Positions 15,405 through 20,000 of a stretch of DNA of 20,000 bases are shown here, in pieces; positions within the stretch are counted from its first letter, which is position 1; every line of letters begins with the position of its first letter. The notes under the pieces were generated by a model, which searched no databases, was not told where the DNA came from, and saw nothing but the letters and a program-made list of their open reading frames with translations. The DNA lies in IMG/VR virus record IMGVR_UViG_3300005458_000016. One strand, given 5' to 3'. The stretch comes from an uncultured virus (IMG/VR IMGVR_UViG_3300005458_000016). Taxonomy: Duplodnaviria; Heunggongvirae; Uroviricota; Caudoviricetes. Made by a program: the position numbers and the translations under genes.

Positions 15405-16538
15405 GTGAGTTCTATTCTCTGGCATTCCACCGCACCCTGGGCTCCCTCGGGTTACGGGAACCAGACCGCAATCTGGACACGGAAACTGATCGAAATGGGT
15501 CACGAGGTCGCGATCAGCTCCTACTGGGGACTGAGCGGTAGCCCGACAGAATGGCACGGAATCCCCGTGCTCCCCGGATTCGGGCACGCGTACTGCTCTG
15601 CCAGTCTCTATGAGCACGCGAAAGCCCTCAACCCCGATATCATAATCACTCTCGGGGATATCTGGGTGATGGACCCGAATCTCCTGCGGGAACTCCCGGT
15701 AGCTCACTGGCTCCCGTGTGATTGCCGTCCCATGTCCGCTGCGGACAAGAGCATCGTGGATGCCACCGGGGATGAGGTGATCGCGATGAGCCTTTTCGGG
15801 AAGGACAGGTTCACCGACGCCGGGCTTAACCCCCTGTATGTCCCTCACGGGATCGACACGGACCTTTATGCCCCGGGAGGTGATAAGGTAGCCATCCGGG
15901 AGAAGTTCGGTCTGCGGCAGGATGAGTTCGTTATAGGGGTCAATGCCGCGAACAACGATGCGGTACGTAAGGCAGCCCCGGAGATGTTCCTGGCTTTCGC
16001 GAAGTTCCTCACTGATCACCCGGATGCCATCCTCGCGGTTCACGCAGGGGTTCACAGCGAGGGAGGTCAGGATCTGGAATTCCTCGCGGAATCCCTCGGG
16101 ATCACCGACAGGATACGGGTTACTGACCAGTATCACTATCACGCGGGAATGGTGTCACAGAAAGAACTCGCAGACTGGTATCACGCGATCGACGTGCTCG
16201 CGGCATGCACGTACGCGGAAGGGTTCGGTCTCCCTATCATGGAGGCGCAAGCCTGCGGAACCCCGGTGATCACCACGAAGGCATCCTCCATGGAAGAACT
16301 CAACCCGTACGGGATCCAGATAGACGGGACCCCGTTCTGGAATGGCGTCCATAAAGGCTGGTGGATCCGCCCTGATATTCAGCAAATGGTTGACGCCTTC
16401 ACCGAGTCGTACGATAACCGTGACATTGACCGCAAGCAGCTGCGGGAATTCGCGGAAACATATAGTATTGATAATGTCGCGGAGAAATACATGGGACCAG
16501 CTGTCGCGGAGCTGGCTCAGAGGATGGCTAATCGGTAA
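15405..16538 (+). CDS. GT-B fold (GT4) glycosyltransferase
   Basis: APWAPSGYGNQT, YVPHGIDTDLY, RK motif (VRKA), EGFGLPIMEAQACGTPVITT (Ex7E). Confidence 0.92.
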   Translation: MSSILWHSTAPWAPSGYGNQTAIWTRKLIEMGHEVAISSYWGLSGSPTEWHGIPVLPGFGHAYCSASLYEHAKALNPDIIITLGDIWVMDPNLLRELPVAHWLPCDCRPMSAADKSIVDATGDEVIAMSLFGKDRFTDAGLNPLYVPHGIDTDLYAPGGDKVAIREKFGLRQDEFVIGVNAANNDAVRKAAPEMFLAFAKFLTDHPDAILAVHAGVHSEGGQDLEFLAESLGITDRIRVTDQYHYHAGMVSQKELADWYHAIDVLAACTYAEGFGLPIMEAQACGTPVITTKASSMEELNPYGIQIDGTPFWNGVHKGWWIRPDIQQMVDAFTESYDNRDIDRKQLREFAETYSIDNVAEKYMGPAVAELAQRMANR

Positions 16539-16540
16539 GT

Positions 16541-17023
16541 GTGGCTTCTTTCGAGGAAAACATAGATGTCTGGAAGGCGATTGCTGCCGGAACGCACGGG
16601 GGTGCCGCTGCCGCCGCTACCGCAATGGCGAAATTCATCTCCGAACGTACCGCGAAAGACACCCTGACCAGATCAAGCCACGGATCAGGCGCATGGCACC
16701 GTACTCGCCCGGGGGAGCCTCCTGCGCGTGGTACCGGGAAGCTCGCCCGGGGGATGTTCTACAAGCCCTCGTACGGGAGCGGAGGGAAAGCATCCGCGTG
16801 GGTGGGAAACCGGGTTGACTACTCCCGGATTCTTGAATACGGGTGCACCATCGAGCCGGTGGGAAAGAAATTCCTCCAGTGGCGTGACTCCGGGGGAGCC
16901 TGGTATCACACGTTCCTCGAATCCCCTGAGCATCCATTCCTCGAACCGACCGTAGATGAGTCCGTTGACGACGGATCACTGCGTGATCACGGTATCAAAG
17001 CATTCGAGCCGTACGACCCGTAA
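16541..17023 (+). CDS. HK97-gp10-like neck/tail morphogenesis protein
   Basis: PGEPPARGTGKLARG, VGNRVDYSRILEYG, PEHPFLEPTV. Confidence 0.7.
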   Translation: MASFEENIDVWKAIAAGTHGGAAAAATAMAKFISERTAKDTLTRSSHGSGAWHRTRPGEPPARGTGKLARGMFYKPSYGSGGKASAWVGNRVDYSRILEYGCTIEPVGKKFLQWRDSGGAWYHTFLESPEHPFLEPTVDESVDDGSLRDHGIKAFEPYDP

Positions 17024-17037
17024 AAAGGAGGTGAATC

Positions 17038-20000
17038 ATGCCTAAGGCTGGCGGTCTACCTGATGTAACTCAGCGTTTTGACGCTGACAGCAGCGGATAT
17101 ACGAGAGCCGCTGACGAGGTTGTCATTGCGGCTATCAAGATGGCGAAGGAAAACAGGACCGCCATCGATGACATGATTGCCTCCCAGAGAGAAATGATGA
17201 AGATCAACATTGATCTCAGGAACGACATGAGTTCCATGGTCATGGCTAACAGGGAGGGTTCCGCTTCAGTCATAGAGCATACTGAGGCTGTCAAAGACGC
17301 AGTGCACATGTATGCCAACCTTCAGAATGCCTCCCGCGATCAGGCGATCATGGTCAGGGAGCTGGGTCGGACGCATGACGATACTACTACCTCGATAGCA
17401 TCAGGCTCAAGAGCCCTTGATGATTACCGTAAAAAGCTGGAAGCGGTCAGGAAAGAAGCTGACGATGCTGCTACCAGTATTGCGGCTATCCATAAGGGAA
17501 CCTCTGATTATCTTGCTGCAGCGACACGAGGCAAGAACAGGGATGGCGCGGGCATCATCGATGCCGCTATTGCCAGCGCAGCAGGCGGGGGCGGGGGTGG
17601 CGGTGGCGGAGGTGCCGCAGCCATCATGGCTGCCCGCATGGCAGCAGGCGGCGGCGGTGACGGCGGCATTAATCCTCGCACGATTTTCGGGACCGGCAGT
17701 CCTTCCGGGGGCGGCGGCGGGAGTTTTGTCCCCTGGCGAGGGGGAGGCTGGAATGCTGTCCGCTTCTGGGGGATGATGACCGCCGAGGTTGCAGCCACTG
17801 TTGTCCCTGCATTGACCGCAGCGGGTGCGGCTGCCCTTGTCGGAGTGCAGTCGATTGAGGCAATGGTCCCGAGATACAAGGCGATTTTCACCACGAGTGA
17901 AGCCCTCGGGGATGCCTTCAATATGACCACAGGGAAATTCCTCGGGGGCGGGACGGCACTGCAGACAGCTCAGGACAGGGCGCAGGGTGCCGGGTATGAT
18001 ATCGCAGGGAGTCTCCTGGGAATCCTCCAGAGCGGAGGCGGTCAGGGTTTCATCGACATGGGCACGAACACCCTGAGCATGCTGGACCGGGGATTTGCCC
18101 AGATGGCGATCAACTTCACTAAAGGCGGAACAGGGAAGAGGCTTTCCGATGCTCTCGGAGGAGGTCCCGAATACCTCCGCCAGTTCGGGGACATCGGGGC
18201 GAATATCGGGAACACCCTGCTGAATGTTGCGCCCAACCTCCCCGGGGTCGGGCAGGATCTGCTGTCCACCGTCCAGGGCGGGACCGGGCTGCTCGCGAGA
18301 ATCACCCGCGACACTCCCGGACCTGTTATCGGAGCACTGCTCTCCTATGAGGCTGCGTCCCGCTGGGGACCGGCGCTGCTCGGGGGGGAAGGGCTTATCG
18401 GGCGGATGCTCGGACTTAAAGGCGTCGGGGGACTCGGGGGACTGATCTCCAAAGGCGGGATTGCCCTCGGGGGAATGGGAGCCTCAGGGGGAATGCTGGA
18501 AGGTCTCGGGCTAGGGATATCCGGAGCTGGGGAAGCGCTCGCGGGTATCGCCGGATGGCCTGCGGGTCTCCTCGGGGGAACTGCTTACCTGATGTCAGCG
18601 GGACTTACCGCTAAAAACCTCCCGCAGCAGCGACTGGGATGGCTGCAGGATAGCATTAACCAGGCTGGTTTCAGTGATGCCTGGCAGCCGCTCGCGCATG
18701 CGGTCACTACTGCCAGCGGACTCGCGGCTACCTCCGGGAGATATGTAGGAAAAGCAGGGGCTCTCGGGCTTCCTGTTAATGTCAGCCCCGACCCTCGGGC
18801 AGCACAGAGGCTGGCAACCCTCCCGACATATGACGCGAATCAGTACAGGGCGGGGATGCAGGGTTTCGCAACCCAGATGGGGAACCTGGCTAATTCAGCT
18901 CCCGAGTTGATGGCTGCACTGAAAAAGGCAGGACTGAAAAGCGTTTCCCTCGCGGACGCGTTCCAGATCGGGCAGAACGCGATGCTGGACATGTCCCATG
19001 CGTTCGGGAAAAACGGGAAGCTAACTGCCGCTGCGCAAGAAATGGTGACCTCTTACGCGAGGGTCATCGCCCCGATGACGCAATCTTCCGGGGCGTTCGG
19101 GGCTGCTGTCGCAGGGCAGACGATCATGAGCCAGGGTGCAATGCAGAACCTGGCGAAAGTCAATCAGGCAATGGACTCCTATCAGCAGATCATCGCTGGC
19201 GGTCCTACCGGAGCGGGATTGGCAGCAGCAGCGGGCGCGGCACCTGCCGCTGCGATAGCGAAAGCTCTCACCTCCTATACCACTCCTGGCGGGGCGGCAG
19301 CATGGCAGGCGTTCGCATCCACAAGCTCGTCTAAGCCCGGGTTCATCACCCAGATGCAGGGTTTCAATGACCAGATGCGGACCTACCTGACACTCGGGAC
19401 TGCGGGACTCCCGCAGGCGCAGGAAATGAGCGCCTTCCAGCTGAAGTCCATTCTTCCGCAGGCAAGGCAGTCCAAGTCAGCTCTTGCGATGCTCATGCAG
19501 CAGGGTGCCCAGATGGGGGTCACCGGATATTACGATACGAGCAAGTCCCTGGCGCAGAACTTCAAGAGCGCTGAGCAGTCGATCACGAGAATGGCTGGCA
19601 GTTCAAAGACATTCAACAAGAACATGACCGATACTGTCGTCGCGTCAGCCAACCTGCCCGAGGTGGCAAAGCAGTTTGCGGATTACACGGGTGCCCAGGT
19701 CGGGGCGCACCGGCTGGCTAAAGTCTACCAGGATGCAATGGCAATCCAGAAGACAGCAACTGCCGGGGCGAGCGGTAAATTCGGGGGCGGGACTTTCGGT
19801 GGTCCGATGATCAATCAGAGCGCCGTGCAGGACATGGTAAGCCAGCTGCGGGCAGCTGGAGTGCAAGGCGGGGCTGCGATGAAAGCCAGCCTGGATGCCG
19901 TGCTTCGGCAGGCAGGTGTCTCGAAAGCGGTACGACTGAAGATCGAGGCACAGGTCACCGGGGACGGGAAAGTCAAGACCCTCCAGCAGCTGGTTAACAG
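17038..20000 (+). CDS. Tape measure protein (partial, runs off the window end; not in the ORF track)
   Basis: RBS aaggaggtga, ATG 17038. I read the frame to base 20000 with no stop (987 codons). MPKAGGLPDVTQRFDAD...; Ala/Gly/Met/Gln-rich helical composition with hydrophobic Gly-Leu segments. Confidence 0.88.
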   Translation, partial: MPKAGGLPDVTQRFDADSSGYTRAADEVVIAAIKMAKENRTAIDDMIASQREMMKINIDLRNDMSSMVMANREGSASVIEHTEAVKDAVHMYANLQNASRDQAIMVRELGRTHDDTTTSIASGSRALDDYRKKLEAVRKEADDAATSIAAIHKGTSDYLAAATRGKNRDGAGIIDAAIASAAGGGGGGGGGGAAAIMAARMAAGGGGDGGINPRTIFGTGSPSGGGGGSFVPWRGGGWNAVRFWGMMTAEVAATVVPALTAAGAAALVGVQSIEAMVPRYKAIFTTSEALGDAFNMTTGKFLGGGTALQTAQDRAQGAGYDIAGSLLGILQSGGGQGFIDMGTNTLSMLDRGFAQMAINFTKGGTGKRLSDALGGGPEYLRQFGDIGANIGNTLLNVAPNLPGVGQDLLSTVQGGTGLLARITRDTPGPVIGALLSYEAASRWGPALLGGEGLIGRMLGLKGVGGLGGLISKGGIALGGMGASGGMLEGLGLGISGAGEALAGIAGWPAGLLGGTAYLMSAGLTAKNLPQQRLGWLQDSINQAGFSDAWQPLAHAVTTASGLAATSGRYVGKAGALGLPVNVSPDPRAAQRLATLPTYDANQYRAGMQGFATQMGNLANSAPELMAALKKAGLKSVSLADAFQIGQNAMLDMSHAFGKNGKLTAAAQEMVTSYARVIAPMTQSSGAFGAAVAGQTIMSQGAMQNLAKVNQAMDSYQQIIAGGPTGAGLAAAAGAAPAAAIAKALTSYTTPGGAAAWQAFASTSSSKPGFITQMQGFNDQMRTYLTLGTAGLPQAQEMSAFQLKSILPQARQSKSALAMLMQQGAQMGVTGYYDTSKSLAQNFKSAEQSITRMAGSSKTFNKNMTDTVVASANLPEVAKQFADYTGAQVGAHRLAKVYQDAMAIQKTATAGASGKFGGGTFGGPMINQSAVQDMVSQLRAAGVQGGAAMKASLDAVLRQAGVSKAVRLKIEAQVTGDGKVKTLQQLVN

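Larger units (their letters stand above)
1..20000 (+). mobile_element. Tailed phage/prophage (siphovirus-like) head-neck-tail gene module
   Basis: Co-oriented capsid, adaptor, terminator, tail tube, frameshifted chaperone and tape measure genes in near-canonical order. No sheath gene seen. No integrase or att site in the window, so free phage versus prophage cannot be decided. Confidence 0.93.

Noticed and set aside
15360..16142. 260-aa minus-strand ORF, and the other minus-strand ORFs such as 8572..9168, 13476..14012 and 6236..6760
   Set aside because: They are antisense shadows of well-supported + strand genes in GC-rich DNA and have no recognisable motifs.
17417..18445. Short ORFs listed within the last 3 kb (17417, 17508, 17669, 18042, 18224)
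   Set aside because: All lie inside the continuous tape measure frame starting at 17038. The poly-Pro ORF is just the antisense of the poly-Gly tract.
1..20000. CRISPR array, tRNA, rRNA, IS element, intron/intein or diversity-generating retroelement
   Set aside because: No spaced direct repeats, cloverleaf, transposase, reverse transcriptase or splicing motifs seen, and the intergenic gaps are short.

Overview
The whole window is the virion-morphogenesis module of a tailed dsDNA phage or prophage. It is siphovirus-like, GC-rich and probably has an actinobacterial host (host is inference). All real genes are on the + strand. Gene order: major capsid protein (5' end possibly off-window); two small Ser/Thr-rich virion proteins; a ~7 kb, mostly translationally coupled sugar biosynthesis/transfer cassette (2 SAM methyltransferases, NeuD/PglD-type acetyltransferase, DegT aminotransferase, LMW phosphatase, GmhA-like SIS isomerase, GT17-like glycosyltransferase, NAD-dependent epimerase/dehydratase, a hidden 28-aa Cys/His peptide, StrG-like 2OG-Fe(II) oxygenase, GT-A glycosyltransferase); a third small virion paralog; three Zn-finger proteins (one with a SAP domain); head-tail adaptor; a hidden Arg-rich 56-aa ORF; tail terminator; tail tube; tail assembly chaperone with a -1 frameshift; GT4 glycosyltransferase; HK97-gp10-like protein; tape measure protein (absent from the ORF track, runs off the window). 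The best candidate for a new system is a phage virion-glycosylation pathway that makes its own N-acetylated, O-methylated amino sugar, paired with Ser/Thr-rich insertion domains in capsid, adaptor and tail proteins as likely acceptors. GGCC is also strongly avoided. All family calls come from motif recognition by eye; no searches were run.
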